A DNA stretch of 64,000 bases from Syntrophales bacterium (GCA_963668175.1 OY764159.1:2496001-2560000); one strand, 5' to 3'; numbered from the stretch's first letter, positions 1 to 12,045 are shown. The notes: generated from the sequence alone by a model not told the origin. Numbers and translations are program-made.

Positions 1-1143
1 GGTTACGTCCTGCGTGACGAAGATGATATGCGCTTCGCCGTTTATCTGGGCCGAACGGGCGGAGAAAACACCGGTACGAACGGTTCCTTCTTTGTTCCGG
101 AAGAGATATTCCCGATCGAGGACGTCCCGGCCTGCTTTCAGGTCTTCAACCAGGGCCGCCCTATCTTTCGGATCGACCCAGAAATTCACCTCCGCGGCCG
201 TCCGGCCGACGACCTCGTGGCGCTGCCATCCCGAAACCTGTACGAACCCGGGGTTCCTGTCCACGATAACGCCGTCGGACATCCGCGAGATCGTGATGCC
301 GATAGGAACCGTCATGAAGACCTTGGAGAACATCTCCTCCGCCTGCTTCTGTCCGGCGATATCGTGGGCGATTCCCAGGAAACCCGTGATTTCGCCGCGG
401 GGGGAACGGATGGCCGTAACGGTCAGGGAAACGGGGAAGGTCGAGCCGTCCTTGCGCACAAAGGTCCATTCGCGGTTTTCCGTTTCGTCGCGCTCCGACT
501 TCAGCGTGAAGATGCGGAAGCCCTCCACCGTGCATCCCGTTTCGGCGTTCAATTCGGCGCTGCGGGCGGCCAATTCGGACGGGAGGTGAAAGATGAGGGG
601 CGTCGCGCGGCCGACGACGTCTTCCGCGGTATAGCCCAACAGTTGTTCGGCGCCGCGGCTGAAGGCCGTGATAGTGCCTTCGGGGGTCGAAGCCACGATG
701 GAGAATTTCACTGCGGCCTGAAGGATGTCGTCAAGGGATTGCGAAGTCCCGCAGACGCTCCCGGCGGCTTCTCCCCGCCGGTCCTGTCTCCCCGGAATGC
801 CTTCCATGCCCAGGACGGCGACGGATTTCCGTCCGGGATCGGCCCCGACCGGAACGGCCATGGCGGTCCAGCGGACGTTCTTCACCGCCCGGTCCCGGCA
901 GAGGACGGGGATGTCGCACGGCTCCCCGGGATCGTCCGTCAAGGCCCGGCGGATCATCTCCATGAACGGCGCGGCATCGCCGGGGGCAAGGAAAGGCCAG
1001 GCGGCTGATCCCTTGAGATCGGCAAGTCCGTACCCGGTGCACCGTTCAAAAGTCCCGTTCACCCAGACCGCCTCCCCGGAGTCCGTGAAGACAGCCGCCG
1101 GGACGGATGCTGCGGCAAAAATACGTTGCGGATAATCGTTCAT
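1..1143 (-). CDS. Multi-PAS sensor protein, 3'-truncated by the window edge
   Basis: Manual translation from ATG at 1143: MNDYPQRIFAAASVPAAVFTDSGEAVWVNGTFERCTGY... and ...DRNPGFVQVSGWQRHEVVGRT...HIIFVTQDVT. These are PAS/PAC repeats, and the frame runs off the left edge. Confidence 0.8.
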   Translation of the reverse strand, partial: MNDYPQRIFAAASVPAAVFTDSGEAVWVNGTFERCTGYGLADLKGSAAWPFLAPGDAAPFMEMIRRALTDDPGEPCDIPVLCRDRAVKNVRWTAMAVPVGADPGRKSVAVLGMEGIPGRQDRRGEAAGSVCGTSQSLDDILQAAVKFSIVASTPEGTITAFSRGAEQLLGYTAEDVVGRATPLIFHLPSELAARSAELNAETGCTVEGFRIFTLKSERDETENREWTFVRKDGSTFPVSLTVTAIRSPRGEITGFLGIAHDIAGQKQAEEMFSKVFMTVPIGITISRMSDGVIVDRNPGFVQVSGWQRHEVVGRTAAEVNFWVDPKDRAALVEDLKAGRDVLDREYLFRNKEGTVRTGVFSARSAQINGEAHIIFVTQDVT

Positions 1144-1466
1144 CGTTTGTTCAGGAAATAGGTGCTTTATCCGGCAAAAGACTGATGTTTCGACCCTGCC
1201 GCCGGCGAACAGGCGCCTGCTGTCGCCCTATGTGTGCGCCAACGTTCATCTTTTTATTTCGCAAGGGCGCTTAAGGGCCTTCGCTGGATTGTATACCAAT
1301 TATCGTGCCAGGCGCTGCGCCGGGGAGGACGGCGGCTATATCCGCTGCATTGTCGCGCACTAATATCGATAGAGCGGCGTCGTCCGGGAGGAACGGTGTG
1401 AGGGGCGGCGGTCTTTTCCGTCCGGTCCGCCGGAATCTGTCCGAAAAGTCGGATCATGCCGGGCGG

Positions 1467-4400
1467 TTAGTGCCGGTCCAGGACCTCCCTCACCTTGTCG
1501 GCGAGCACTTTCATCGAGAAGGGCTTCGGGAGAAAACCGGCGTCCTCGGTCAGCGCCCCGTACTGGGCGATGACGTCGTCCGCATAGCCCGACATGAAGA
1601 GATGCTTCAGCTCCGGATAGATGTCGTGGAGTCTTTCCGCCAATTCCCGGCCGTTCATCTCGGGCATGACCACGTCGGTCATGAGCAGGTGAATCTTCCC
1701 GGCATGTTCCCCGGCCAGGCGAATCGCCTCGCCGGGCGTGCCGGCGGTCAGGACCCGGTATCCCTGCTTTTCCAGCATGCGTTTGCTGAGCTGCAGGATG
1801 GCCGGTTCGTCCTCCACGACGAGGACCGTTTCCCTGCCGGACGCCTCGCGCACCTGTGGCGCCGCGACGAACACCGGTTCCGCCTCGGCCGTGTGCCGGC
1901 GCAGGTAGACCCGGACGGTCGTTCCCCGGCCGAGTTCGCTTCCAACTTCCACGAATCCGTCGTTCTGCTTGACGATGCCGTAGACCGTCGCGAGACCCAG
2001 GCCCGTGCCCTTGCCCGTCTCCTTGGTCGTGAAGAACGGCTCGAAGAGCTTCCGGAGGACCTGCTTGCTCATGCCGCAACCGTTGTCGGAGACGGAGAGC
2101 ATGACGTAATGGTCGGGCCGGCAGCCGGGGCGGCCGTTGCAGTAAGTCTCGTCCAGATGGATGTTGACCGTCTCGATGGCGATGCGGCCGACGCCGGAAA
2201 TCGCGTCGCGGGAATTGACGCAGAGGTTGGCGAGGATCTGGTCGACCTGGGAGGGGTCGATCTTCACCGGCCAGAGGTCGCCTCCGGGCAGCCAGGCCAG
2301 TTCGATATCCTCGCCGATGAGCCTTTTAAGCATCTTGAGCAGGCCGGACACGGTTTCGTTGATGTCGAGCACCTTCGGGGAGACGGTCTGTTTGCGGGCG
2401 AAGGCCAGGAGCTGGCGCGTGAGGTCGGTGGACCGCAGGGCGGCCTTCCGGATCTCGGCCAGATCGGCGATAAGCATCTGCTCCGGCTCGGCCTCTTCCA
2501 TGGCCATCTCCACGTGGCCGAGGATGACGCCCAGCATGTTGTTGAAGTCGTGGGCGACGCCGCCCGCCAGGCGGCCGATCGATTCCATCTTCTGGGCCTG
2601 GATGAGCTGCTCCCGGAGGTTTTCCTGCTCCTCCTCCGCCCGTTTTCGCTCGGTGATGTCCGACTGCGTGCCCACAAGCCTCACGGGATTACCGCCGTCG
2701 TCCCATTCGATGGCCTTGCCGCGGGAGAGGATCCAGCACCATTTCCCCGCCTTGGTCCGCATCCGGATATCGATGGCGTAACCTTCGTTCCTGGCGAGAC
2801 GCTCCTTGATCTCCCGTTCCGCCCGTTTCAGGTCTTCCGGATGGGCGAGATCTTTCCACGAGTCGTAGTGCTGGCGGAATTCGTAAGGATCGTATCCGAG
2901 CATGGTATAGCACTTCGGACTGAAAACCGCCCGGCCCGTGGAGAGGTCCATGTCCCAGACGCCGTCGTTGACGGCCTCCAGCGTCCGCTGCAGCCTCTCC
3001 TTGCTGCCGCGGAGCGCTTCCTCTACCCGTCGTCTTTCGGTGACGTCCTCGAAGGTGGCGACGATGCGTCTCGACTCGCCAAGCTCCTGCCCGATCCGGG
3101 AAACGCTCATCCGGCAGAATATCTCCCGGCCGTCCTTGCGCACGAACGGTATATCCGATTCGAAGACGAAGACCGACTGCATGGTCAGGGTGGAATAGAG
3201 CGTGTCTCCGTATTCCTCCCATTCCTCGTCGCTCCTGAAGATCACCCGGGTGCTCTTGCCGACCAGTTCGTCGGGATGCCAACCGAAAACGTCCTCCATG
3301 GCGTCGTTGGCGAAGAAGATGCGCCGACGTTCGACGCCGAAGAGTGCGAGGGGGACGGAGAGCAGGATCGACTTTTCCAGCTCCCGGCTTTCCCGGAGGG
3401 CGTCTTCCGCCTGCCGGTGGGCGGTAATGTCCATTGAATTTCCCAGGATGGCCGGACGGCCCCGGAACTGGATTCCCGTAACCGTCTCCATGATCCAGCG
3501 TATATGGCCCGTTTTCGTGACGATCCTGAACTCGTAGGGCAGCGTATTCTCGCCATTGAGCATTGATCGCGCCCGCTGCCTGATCCAGGTCCGGTCCCCG
3601 GGATGGACGATGAAATCCGACCGCCGTCCCGTAAGCTCGTCCGGCCGGTATCCGGCGTAGGACGCGGCGTTGTCGTTCAGGAAGACGAAGTAGCCGTTCT
3701 GGACGACGTAGACGCCGGCGAGGGATTTCTCGACCAGGGTCTTGTAGCGCTCTTCGCTTTCCCGGAGGGCGTCCTCGGCGCGCCGGCGGGCGGTGACGTC
3801 ACGGACGATGGCCCACATGCTGGCGGGTTTGCCGGCACTGTCCCTGACGAGCATGACCTGGAGTTCCACGGGAAAGACGGTGCCGTCCTTCCGCCGGTAC
3901 TCCTTCTCGTAGATGTCCGAATAACCGCGGGCGAGGATCTGGTCGGAAACGATGGCGGCCTCGAAGGTATGCCATTTCTCCGGGGTGAAATCCCTGTAGG
4001 TGAGGGATTTGATCTCGTAAGGCGTGTAGCCCAGCAGGGCAAGGAAGGACTCGTTGCAGTCGATGATAAAGCCGTCCATGTCCGCGCTGACGACGGCATC
4101 CACCATGCTGCGGTGCAGGCTGCGGTATTTGACTTCCGACGCGCGGACGGCCTCTTCCATCATCTTGCGCTCGGTAATGTCCGTGCAGATGCCGATCATC
4201 CGCGCCGGACTGCCGTTTCCGTCGTACCGGTTCTCGCCCCTGGCGTTGATCCAGCGGACGGACCCGTCGGCGCGGATCACCCGGTAGTCGGAGTCGAGGG
4301 CCGTGCGGTTGCGCAGGGCGTCGTCGATACGGCGGCAGGCGATATCGGTGTCGTCGGGATGGAGGACGCGCTTCCACGTCTCGATGGATGCCTCCGTTTG

Positions 4401-4712
4401 CGAAGGGTCCATGCCGAAAAGCTCGAACAACTGGTCCGACCATTCCATCCGGTTGCAGGCGATGTCCCAGTCCCAGGTGCCGACCCTGGCCGCACGCTGC
4501 GCCATCTCCAGCCGTTCATTGGCGCGGCGAAGTCTTTCCCCGGTACGTTTCTGCTCATCGAGCGCCTGTTCCAACTCCAGGACCTTGCGATGCATTCCTT
4601 CGCTCTCTTCCGGCATCTCCCTAATCGCTCCAGCCTGTCCGTACATGCCCGTCCTTTCGTCCGGTCCGCACCGCCGTCGGGTAATCTTCGGGACATCGTG
4701 GATGGTATCCAT
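1467..4712 (-). CDS. Multi-PAS hybrid sensor histidine kinase/response regulator
   Basis: Several PAS/PAC repeats, H-box [11 protein letters not shown], HATPase (DNGCGM, GTGLGL) and C-terminal REC (VLVVEDE...DVVMP...KPF). Confidence 0.95.
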   Translation of the reverse strand: MDTIHDVPKITRRRCGPDERTGMYGQAGAIREMPEESEGMHRKVLELEQALDEQKRTGERLRRANERLEMAQRAARVGTWDWDIACNRMEWSDQLFELFGMDPSQTEASIETWKRVLHPDDTDIACRRIDDALRNRTALDSDYRVIRADGSVRWINARGENRYDGNGSPARMIGICTDITERKMMEEAVRASEVKYRSLHRSMVDAVVSADMDGFIIDCNESFLALLGYTPYEIKSLTYRDFTPEKWHTFEAAIVSDQILARGYSDIYEKEYRRKDGTVFPVELQVMLVRDSAGKPASMWAIVRDVTARRRAEDALRESEERYKTLVEKSLAGVYVVQNGYFVFLNDNAASYAGYRPDELTGRRSDFIVHPGDRTWIRQRARSMLNGENTLPYEFRIVTKTGHIRWIMETVTGIQFRGRPAILGNSMDITAHRQAEDALRESRELEKSILLSVPLALFGVERRRIFFANDAMEDVFGWHPDELVGKSTRVIFRSDEEWEEYGDTLYSTLTMQSVFVFESDIPFVRKDGREIFCRMSVSRIGQELGESRRIVATFEDVTERRRVEEALRGSKERLQRTLEAVNDGVWDMDLSTGRAVFSPKCYTMLGYDPYEFRQHYDSWKDLAHPEDLKRAEREIKERLARNEGYAIDIRMRTKAGKWCWILSRGKAIEWDDGGNPVRLVGTQSDITERKRAEEEQENLREQLIQAQKMESIGRLAGGVAHDFNNMLGVILGHVEMAMEEAEPEQMLIADLAEIRKAALRSTDLTRQLLAFARKQTVSPKVLDINETVSGLLKMLKRLIGEDIELAWLPGGDLWPVKIDPSQVDQILANLCVNSRDAISGVGRIAIETVNIHLDETYCNGRPGCRPDHYVMLSVSDNGCGMSKQVLRKLFEPFFTTKETGKGTGLGLATVYGIVKQNDGFVEVGSELGRGTTVRVYLRRHTAEAEPVFVAAPQVREASGRETVLVVEDEPAILQLSKRMLEKQGYRVLTAGTPGEAIRLAGEHAGKIHLLMTDVVMPEMNGRELAERLHDIYPELKHLFMSGYADDVIAQYGALTEDAGFLPKPFSMKVLADKVREVLDRH

Positions 4713-4926
4713 GACGCCCCGATAAATTAACGGACGGGTACGGTTATGTCAATCGGCAACTTTTTGGATTTTAATATGGGGGTGGAGAGGCGGGGACTTT
4801 CATACCTGAGGGAGGGGGAGTATGACCGCCCCTTTGCCTCTCCGGCGTTTTTTATGATGGCGGGACGCCGTTCAAACTTTTTTGACGTCTCCGGCTGCTC
4901 TGGGAGCTGGCAGCGTTAATGAGTCA

Positions 4927-4942
4927 TGCACGATCGGTGCCA
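4927..4942 (-). promoter_or_regulatory. Putative sigma-54 (-24/-12) promoter
   Basis: Minus strand TGGCACCGATCGTGCA (GG-N10-GC), about 215 bp upstream of the 4712 start. Confidence 0.6.
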
Positions 4943-5101
4943 GAAGACGTCTATGGGCCGTCAAAATATTAATTAATGATAACGGCATGATATGTTCGTG
5001 GGAGGGAAGGGTTGCTGAAGATGGGGTTCGTATATCGGCGGATCTGTCTTCCGGGAAAGGACACTGTCCGGTCCGGCTGGACGAAAGGTGCTTTACAGCC
5101 G

Positions 5102-5833
5102 TCACGGCTTATTTTCGAAAATGTCCGGATAGAGGTCTTTCGCACATTCCGGGCATATGCCGTGGGTGAATCTGGCTTCCGTGCGGTCGCTCAAATACTT
5201 TTCCACCTGGTTCCAGTAGCCCTTGTCGTCGCGTATTTTCTTGCATCTGGCGCAGATGGGGAGAATGCCCCGCAGGGTCTTGACCTCTTCGAGGGCCTGT
5301 TCCAGGCGCTTTCTTTCCCCCTCGAGCGCCGCTTCGGTCTTCTTTCTTCTGGCGATTTCCGCTTCCAGTTCGGCGGTCCTGATTCTGACCCGCGCTTCCA
5401 GGGTCCGGTGGGCCTCGCGGAGTTCATCTTCCGCCCGGCGGCGCGCCTTCTGCACCTCCGTTTCCTCCATGACCCTGCGGACGGCGGGCGCGAGCCGCTT
5501 GTGGAGGAGGGTCTTGAGGACGTAGTCCTTGGCGCCCTGGGTGAAGACGTCGATGGCCGTCTCTTCCTTCAGGGCACCGGTGACAAGAATGAACGGCGTA
5601 TCGGGGAGGCGTTTCTTCGATTCGGCCAGGGCCTTGGCGCCGTTGTAGGCGGGCAGGTCGTAATCGGACAGGATCAGATCGGGGGCGCATTCGTGAAGCC
5701 CCCGGATGAAGTCATGCTCTGTCTTGACGACCTTGGCCCTGAAGGCGATTCCGGCTTCCTCGAGTTCGAACTGGATCAGTTCGGCGTCGACGGGATTGTC
5801 TTCCAGGATGAGAATATTCAACGGCTGCTCCAC
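5102..5833 (-). CDS. Response regulator with coiled coil and Cys-rich C-terminal domain
   Basis: REC domain (ILILEDN...LSDYDLP...YVLK) and C-terminal LPICARCKKIRDD...THGICPEC. GTG start at 5833 chosen; the ORF extends to 5950. Confidence 0.88.
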   Translation of the reverse strand: MEQPLNILILEDNPVDAELIQFELEEAGIAFRAKVVKTEHDFIRGLHECAPDLILSDYDLPAYNGAKALAESKKRLPDTPFILVTGALKEETAIDVFTQGAKDYVLKTLLHKRLAPAVRRVMEETEVQKARRRAEDELREAHRTLEARVRIRTAELEAEIARRKKTEAALEGERKRLEQALEEVKTLRGILPICARCKKIRDDKGYWNQVEKYLSDRTEARFTHGICPECAKDLYPDIFENKP

Positions 5834-6112
5834 GGCGCGGTTTCCTCGCAAGGTAGTGCCGGTTATAAGCCACAACCCACCGTCACCGTCCCCCCCGCGG
5901 CGTAACGACGGCCATACATCCATGTAACGCGCATAGTTCATGCGCGACACGCTCCGGTTTTATTCTAGCCGTGCACCCTTAAAAAACAAGGAGAGTTTTT
6001 AGTAGGCCGAATCGGAGGAGAAGACCCTCATGCCGCCACGGGCGCTGGCGGCCGGGAGAAGGCGTCCGTCCCTTCCGTGCGGCGGCGGGCCTGGAAAGGC
6101 CGGCGCGGTTCA

Positions 6113-8842
6113 TCAGAACGGAAGGGAGAAGTAGAAAGTCGCCCCTTCGTTTTCCTTCCCCTCGCCCCATACGCGGCCTCCGTGGCGGGTGACGATCTGC
6201 CTGACGATGGCGAGCCCCACACCCGTGCCTTCGTATGCGCTGTCGTCGTGGAGGCGCTGGAAGACGCCGAAGAGTTTGTCGTGATAGGCCATATCGAAGC
6301 CGATGCCGTGGTCCTTCACGTAATAGACGGTTTCCGCGCCCTCGGCCCTGCCGCCGACTTCGACGGTGATCGTATAGCGGCCGGCGGAAAACTTGACGGC
6401 GTTGGACAGGAGGTTGACCCAGACCTGCCTGACGAGCGTCCGGTCGCCATGGGCCGGAGGCAGGCTTCCGTTGACGAGCGTCATGCGGAGTTCCGGATTC
6501 TGGAGACATTGTTCCTGCCATACTTCGGCGACGAGTTCCTCCATGTCGAGGGACGTCCGGGATATGGCCTGGCGGCCCGATCGGGAGAAGTCGAGGAGGT
6601 CGTCGATGAGCCGCCCCATCTTCCGGGCATTGTCCCGGATCACTTGGAACCTCCGGCCGGCTTCCGCGTCGAAAAGGTGCCCGTGGCTGTTGAGAAGCAT
6701 GCGGGAGAAGCCGTCGATGGCCCTGAGCGGCGCCCGCAGATCGTGGGAGATGGAATAGCTGAAGCTTTCCAACTCCCGGTTTGCCGCCTCCAGCTGCTCC
6801 GACCGCTCCTTCAGGGCCTTCTCCATCTGCATGCGCTCCGTGACGTCGCGGCCGTAGAGGTTGGCGTAATTTTCATCCGGGAAAGGCGTGATCCATACCG
6901 AGTAGCAGCGCCCTTCCATTTCCACGTCTTCCTGGACGATTTCCCCCCCGGTCATCGCCCGCCGGAAAAGGGGGCGCAGCGGGGCGGGGAGCGGGCTTCC
7001 GGGAGCGCACGCCCATCCCGGCTCCCTGATCGAGGACGGATTACAGTAGAGGACGGTTTCGTCGGCCGATGCGCGCATCACGGGGTGGGGGTTCTCTTCC
7101 GGAAAACGCGCCAGCCACTCGGCCCGGTCGCGGGCCGTCCGCAGGGCCGCCTCCGCCAGCGCGCGCTGGGTGCCTGCGCCGAGGACCGCGGCGATCTTCT
7201 CCAGCGTTGCGACCATATCCGAAGGGACCATGTTTTTCCGGCGGTCGGCAAGGTGGACGAGTCCGAGGATGCCCTTTTCCGTACGGATCGGGATCAACGC
7301 GATCGATTCGTAGCCTGTCCGGGGGCAGACGTCCCGCGTGGGCCCCTTCTTCTCCTCCGGTATAGCGGCGAGGACGCGGCGGGCCTCGTTCAGGTAGAAG
7401 GAGCCGCCTTCCGTATAGAAGGGCATTGCCGGGTCCGTCGTTCCGTTCATGACGTTGATGCACATGCACTGGTCCGTCTTAAGCGACAGCATGTTTTCCT
7501 GCGCGAGGAATTCGGTGCTGAATCCCAGGCAGGCCTGGTACGGGATCTGATCCTGTTCGTCCCGGATGCGTATGCCGATGGCCTCGCATCCGGTGATTTT
7601 CTTCATTTCGGCGGCGAATTCGTCGAGCATGCCTCTCATGTCCGTGTGCCGGTTCGCGATTTCCAGAAAGCGCCGGGTCGTGGCCAGTTCGTAATCCGCC
7701 TGCCTCTGTTCCGTGACGTCCAGGGCGAAACCGACCGTTCCCGCGATGTCCCCCTTGTCGTTCAGGTACGGTATCTTGTCCATCAGCACCCATTTTCGGC
7801 CGCCGGGGGTTTCGAGGGGCTTCACCATGCCTTGTTTAGGGGTGCCCGTGTCGATGACCTCCCGGTCGTCTTCCCAGAAGTCGCGCGACTGGAGGGGGAA
7901 TATTTCCCAGGATGTCCGGCCCTCGACGTCGTTCTTCGGCCGGCCGGTCGTTTCCGCGAAAGCCCGGTTGACGCGGATGAACCGGTTCTCCTGATCCTTG
8001 TAAAAGATCATGGTGGGCGAAGCGTCGATGATGGTTTCAAGCTCTTCGCGCTGTCTCTTGAGATCGTAGAAGAGGAGGCGGTAAGGATTCTCCAGCCCCG
8101 TGACGATGATCGCCCGGTAGATGAAATAGAAGGCGAATATCTTGAGAAAATGCCCAATGAGGTTCCAGCGGCCGTAGACATCGATATAGAAGGTGAAGGC
8201 CATCTCCGAAGCGATGCTGAAAGCGATCGACACGGCGACGAAACCGAGAATCTGCCGGTCGAACTTTTCTCGGCGGATCCAGAGGACCGCAAGCGAGGCA
8301 ATCAATATCCCGCAGATGATATATTCGCTCGCGACCTTGAAGGGGGTGAGTCCCCAGCCTTCGACATAACAATCGGGAAACATCGTACCGGAAAAGATGG
8401 CCGCGAGAAGCAGGACGGTCGCCGTCGCGTAGACGGCAAAGACGGCATCGGGGCGCGGCTTCCGGTCGATCAGCCACGCCGCTCCCAGGAAGGAGAGGGC
8501 CTCCATGTACCGGGCGCCGATCCACAATTGCGTTGGCAGGTTGGCGTCGTATCCGGAGAAAATGCCGATGCCCTTGTAGCTCACGGTGTGGACGAAGTCG
8601 ACGATGCCGATGAAGAGGAAGGCGATGCCGATGAGGAGCACGTAGGTGTTTGCCCCGAGGCGCCGCGTGTTCCAGGCGATGACGAAAAGGGAGAGGGCGA
8701 TGACGATGGAAAAACTCTCGGCGACGGTGTGGAACAGAAGAAAGCTGTGGAGGCTCGTGACGTAGAGTCCCAGGCACAAGAATGGCCAGACCAACAGGTT
8801 TAAGGCGTTCCTGGAGATAAAGGACCGAAGTTGCATTGCCAT
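6113..8842 (-). CDS. MASE3-PAS-GAF sensor histidine kinase
   Basis: N-terminal membrane domain (FLLFHTVAE, DFVHTVSYKG), PAS, GAF-like region, H-box SYSISHDLRAPLRAI and HATPase GTGVGLAIV. Confidence 0.92.
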   Translation of the reverse strand: MAMQLRSFISRNALNLLVWPFLCLGLYVTSLHSFLLFHTVAESFSIVIALSLFVIAWNTRRLGANTYVLLIGIAFLFIGIVDFVHTVSYKGIGIFSGYDANLPTQLWIGARYMEALSFLGAAWLIDRKPRPDAVFAVYATATVLLLAAIFSGTMFPDCYVEGWGLTPFKVASEYIICGILIASLAVLWIRREKFDRQILGFVAVSIAFSIASEMAFTFYIDVYGRWNLIGHFLKIFAFYFIYRAIIVTGLENPYRLLFYDLKRQREELETIIDASPTMIFYKDQENRFIRVNRAFAETTGRPKNDVEGRTSWEIFPLQSRDFWEDDREVIDTGTPKQGMVKPLETPGGRKWVLMDKIPYLNDKGDIAGTVGFALDVTEQRQADYELATTRRFLEIANRHTDMRGMLDEFAAEMKKITGCEAIGIRIRDEQDQIPYQACLGFSTEFLAQENMLSLKTDQCMCINVMNGTTDPAMPFYTEGGSFYLNEARRVLAAIPEEKKGPTRDVCPRTGYESIALIPIRTEKGILGLVHLADRRKNMVPSDMVATLEKIAAVLGAGTQRALAEAALRTARDRAEWLARFPEENPHPVMRASADETVLYCNPSSIREPGWACAPGSPLPAPLRPLFRRAMTGGEIVQEDVEMEGRCYSVWITPFPDENYANLYGRDVTERMQMEKALKERSEQLEAANRELESFSYSISHDLRAPLRAIDGFSRMLLNSHGHLFDAEAGRRFQVIRDNARKMGRLIDDLLDFSRSGRQAISRTSLDMEELVAEVWQEQCLQNPELRMTLVNGSLPPAHGDRTLVRQVWVNLLSNAVKFSAGRYTITVEVGGRAEGAETVYYVKDHGIGFDMAYHDKLFGVFQRLHDDSAYEGTGVGLAIVRQIVTRHGGRVWGEGKENEGATFYFSLPF

Positions 8843-9281
8843 ACTGTTTAAAGGAAAAGGATTAAATCATGGAGCATTCCGGACCATGCCCGCGATGTCT
8901 CCCTCAATGGCAAAATAGGAAATATTCGCCCCGTTGTCAACCGTAAAGGCTGACTTTCCGATTCATTTGTTATATCGGATGCATGGCGACGGCGGCGGCA
9001 TTTTGCACGGACGGGTCCCGGCCGCGGCCGATCCTTTTCAACGGCGCGGCGAATGACTATATTAAGATCGACAATGATTCCGGTCATCCGCCCGTTCTTG
9101 TCGGAAGGGCGGAACCGGGAGGGAAAGGAGGCAACCGATATGAAATCGGCCAATGATATGAAAGGGAAGCGGGCGGGTGTCCGCGCGCCGGTGAGAACTG
9201 CCGGGGCGGACCGCTGCCAGCATGTATTCGAGTATTACGGTCCGTAACCCCGTACGCCCAATGCGTCTTGCGGGAAAAGAA

Positions 9282-9311
9282 AACGGAGACGGCCAACTGT
9301 CCGTCTCCGTT
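9282..9311 (-). terminator. Intrinsic terminator downstream of the MCP gene
   Basis: Perfect 11-bp stem AACGGAGACGG/CCGTCTCCGTT, followed by a T-rich tail on the minus strand. Confidence 0.75.
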
Positions 9312-9333
9312 CTTTGCATTGCATCGACGCTTT

Positions 9334-10839
9334 TTACGCCTCCGCGTGGGACAGCGGCTTTTCCTCGTACCGGTAACCCTGGTCGGTAAGGGTCTCGCAG
9401 GCCGCGACCCCGGTGATCAGGCCGTTCAAATCGGCGACAAAATCCCTCAACTGCAGCGCCTGGGCATTCATTTCCTCCGAGGCGCTGGCGGATTCCTCCG
9501 CGTTGGCGGCCGTCGCCTGCGTCACCTTGTCCATTTCGGCGACGGCCTTGTTGATCTGACCGATGCCCTGGGCCTGCTCCCCGGACGCTGCCGCGATCTC
9601 TTCGATCAGGCCGGCGATCTTGCCCGATATGGCGACGTTCTCCTTGAAGGTTTCCTGGGTGATTCTTGTCGCATCGTGCCCGGTCTTCACATTCTTAATC
9701 GTGTTTTCGATCAGGCTGCTCGTGTTCTTCGCCGCTTCGGCCGCCCTCATGGCGAGGTTTCTGACCTCGTCGGCGACCACGGCGAATCCCGCACCCGCTT
9801 CACCCGCGCGGGCCGCCTCCACGGCGGCGTTCAGGGCCAGCAGATTGGTCTGAAAGGCGATTTCGTCGATCGTCTTGATAATCTTGCCGGTTTCCTCGCT
9901 CGCCTTCATCACCACCTCCATGGCCGCTTCCATGTTGTCCATATGCACCGTCACGGTATCGACGATCTTCTTGGCCTCCGCCATCATGTCCTGGGCCATC
10001 TTGGCGTTGTCGGCGTTCTGCTTCGTCATGGAGGAGAGCTCTTCCATCGACGAGGATGTTTCTTCCAGGGAGGCCGCCTGCTTGGATGTCCCCTCCGCGA
10101 GGGACTGGCTGGCCGTGGAGACCTGGCTCGACGCGGCCGCGATCTGGGCGGCGCCGTCGCACAATCCGGAAACCACGCGGTTGATCGGTTTCGTCACGGA
10201 GCGGGTGATGAGGAAACCGAGGGCAAGCGCGGCAATGGTGGCAAAAACCGTGAGGCCGATGGTGACGGCCACCGTCCAGTTGGCCGTCGCCGTGTTGCCG
10301 TCCGCTTTCGCCTTGGCCTGGGTGATCTTGATCTCGGTAAGCTTGGCGATCGCGCCGTCGATCTGCGCGGCTATGGCCAGGGCCTCGCCGCGCATCAGGG
10401 CCATGACCTCCTCCGTCTTTCCTTCCTTGGACAAGGCGACGATCCTGTCCCTGACCGGATGGAATTTCTTGAGGCCGGCCGCAAGGGATGCATAGACATT
10501 CCGCACCTCGTCCGATTTGATCGACTTCTCGAAATCGGCAAGCTTGGCATCGATTTCATGGTCGAGTTCCGCAAGCCGCTTGAGATAATCGCCGGGGTCC
10601 TTGCGCATATACCCGTTGAGGACGACGTCGCGCAGGTTGACCCGCGTCCGCTGGTAGAGGGTGGAAACGGCGGCGATATCGCCCAGGGGCTGCGTGTTGA
10701 CCTCGTAGAGTTCCATGTCCAGACGGTCTATCTTCTTGATGTTCACGATGCCGAAGAGACCTATGCAGGCGGCTATAAGGGCAATGATGATGAACCCCCC
10801 CAGCATCTTCTTTGCTAGACTCATGCTTTTCATAATCAA
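9334..10839 (-). CDS. Methyl-accepting chemotaxis protein (four-helix-bundle sensor)
   Basis: Two TM segments and the signalling hairpin [34 protein letters not shown]. Confidence 0.95.
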   Translation of the reverse strand: MIMKSMSLAKKMLGGFIIIALIAACIGLFGIVNIKKIDRLDMELYEVNTQPLGDIAAVSTLYQRTRVNLRDVVLNGYMRKDPGDYLKRLAELDHEIDAKLADFEKSIKSDEVRNVYASLAAGLKKFHPVRDRIVALSKEGKTEEVMALMRGEALAIAAQIDGAIAKLTEIKITQAKAKADGNTATANWTVAVTIGLTVFATIAALALGFLITRSVTKPINRVVSGLCDGAAQIAAASSQVSTASQSLAEGTSKQAASLEETSSSMEELSSMTKQNADNAKMAQDMMAEAKKIVDTVTVHMDNMEAAMEVVMKASEETGKIIKTIDEIAFQTNLLALNAAVEAARAGEAGAGFAVVADEVRNLAMRAAEAAKNTSSLIENTIKNVKTGHDATRITQETFKENVAISGKIAGLIEEIAAASGEQAQGIGQINKAVAEMDKVTQATAANAEESASASEEMNAQALQLRDFVADLNGLITGVAACETLTDQGYRYEEKPLSHAEA

Positions 10840-10938
10840 TCTTCTCTCCTGTTCTCGGTAAAAGTTGGAAAACGTTCAGCAGCGCGTTACCGCTGCACAG
10901 GTGGCGCTTCGCGCAAGACCGGACCTGATAACCAAAAT

Positions 10939-10954
10939 CGCACACTCTGTGCCA
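10939..10954 (-). promoter_or_regulatory. Putative sigma-54 promoter of the MCP gene
   Basis: Minus strand TGGCACAGAGTGTGCG (GG-N10-GC), 100 bp upstream of the start. Confidence 0.6.
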
Positions 10955-11220
10955 AAAAAAGCAAAGAAAGCGATAAAGTTAGGAAAGTTGTGATATCGGA
11001 CGGTTGGAGAGGCCGGCCCGGGAGGCATGCCCGCCGGAGCCGGGAAGAGGCAGGCCATTGTCCTGAAATACTGGACAAAATCCGGTGGGCCGGTACAAGG
11101 TGTCGCCGTATACAGGATTTTAACGGCAGGGACGTTTACGACGCCGGCTGACCGTTTTGAGTGACCCGCGGGGAAGACGTTGTACAATATTTAGAAATAT
11201 CAACATATTCGCTGCTGCGA

Positions 11221-11248
11221 TGGCCCCTTTTTTGCATAGCCCTTGCCA
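11221..11248. promoter_or_regulatory. Two overlapping, opposite-strand sigma-54-like motifs
   Basis: Plus TGGCCCCTTTTTTGCA (11221-11236) and minus TGGCAAGGGCTATGCA (11233-11248) share the TGCA -12 element. Confidence 0.4.
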
Positions 11249-11368
11249 GCAGCCGTATCGTGATTATATTGCTTCCACATGAAAGCGGCGCACGGGAGGC
11301 AACCGGACGATCTGAACCGCCGCAAGTAACCGCGATACCGCCTCACGCCATTCGACTGTCAAGGAGGA

Positions 11369-11818
11369 ATGATCATGCAGGACACGCTTGCTCTGGAAAA
11401 CAAGAAGCTTATCGGCGCTTTCGTTAACGAAGTCTTCGTGAAGAGGAACCTCTCCGATCTGGACCGGTACATGAGAAGCGACTATATTCAGCACAATCCC
11501 ATGGCGAAACAGGGTATGGACGGCTTCCGGAAGTTCTTCAGGGACTGGTTCGACGCCGTGCCGAACTGGAATTACACCCTTAAGAAGATAGTCGCCGAAG
11601 GCGATCAGGTCTGGATATACGGCACATACGCCGGGACGCTCAAAAAGCCGTGGCTGGGCGCTCTGCCCTCGCCGCGGGGACTGAAATACGCTTACGATGC
11701 GGTGGACATCTTCCGCGTCCAGGACCACATGATTGCCGAACACTGGGACGTCATGGACGTCTACGAGCTCTACCGGCAGCTCGGCGTGCTCGCGGAGCGC
11801 CGGAAAAAGGCCGCCTGA
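11369..11818 (+). CDS. SnoaL-like/NTF2-fold ester cyclase family protein
   Basis: YIQHNP, IVAEGDQV and DIFRVQDHMIAEHWDV motifs; RBS AAGGAGG. Confidence 0.88.
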   Translation: MIMQDTLALENKKLIGAFVNEVFVKRNLSDLDRYMRSDYIQHNPMAKQGMDGFRKFFRDWFDAVPNWNYTLKKIVAEGDQVWIYGTYAGTLKKPWLGALPSPRGLKYAYDAVDIFRVQDHMIAEHWDVMDVYELYRQLGVLAERRKKAA

Positions 11819-12045
11819 CCGGTTTCGCAATCGCTGCCGCAGACAGGAAGATCGTCTTGGATGGTAGTTTCCACCTACCGTAGTCCTGCGGGTAAATCCC
11901 TATTCCCTTAGGCAGGCCGTTGCCTTAAGGTGCGCCGTGAACGCCGGACGGGGAGTATCCCCGCCGTCGAATGCGGCGGCCGGCCGTGATACAGGGCCGC
12001 AGAACATAGCGGACGCATATTGGGCAAAGACAGGGGGGATAAACC

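Noticed and set aside
1295..1310. Sigma-54-like TGGCACGATAATTGGT upstream of the first gene
   Set aside because: The -12 element is GG rather than GC. Plausible, but not supported enough to call.
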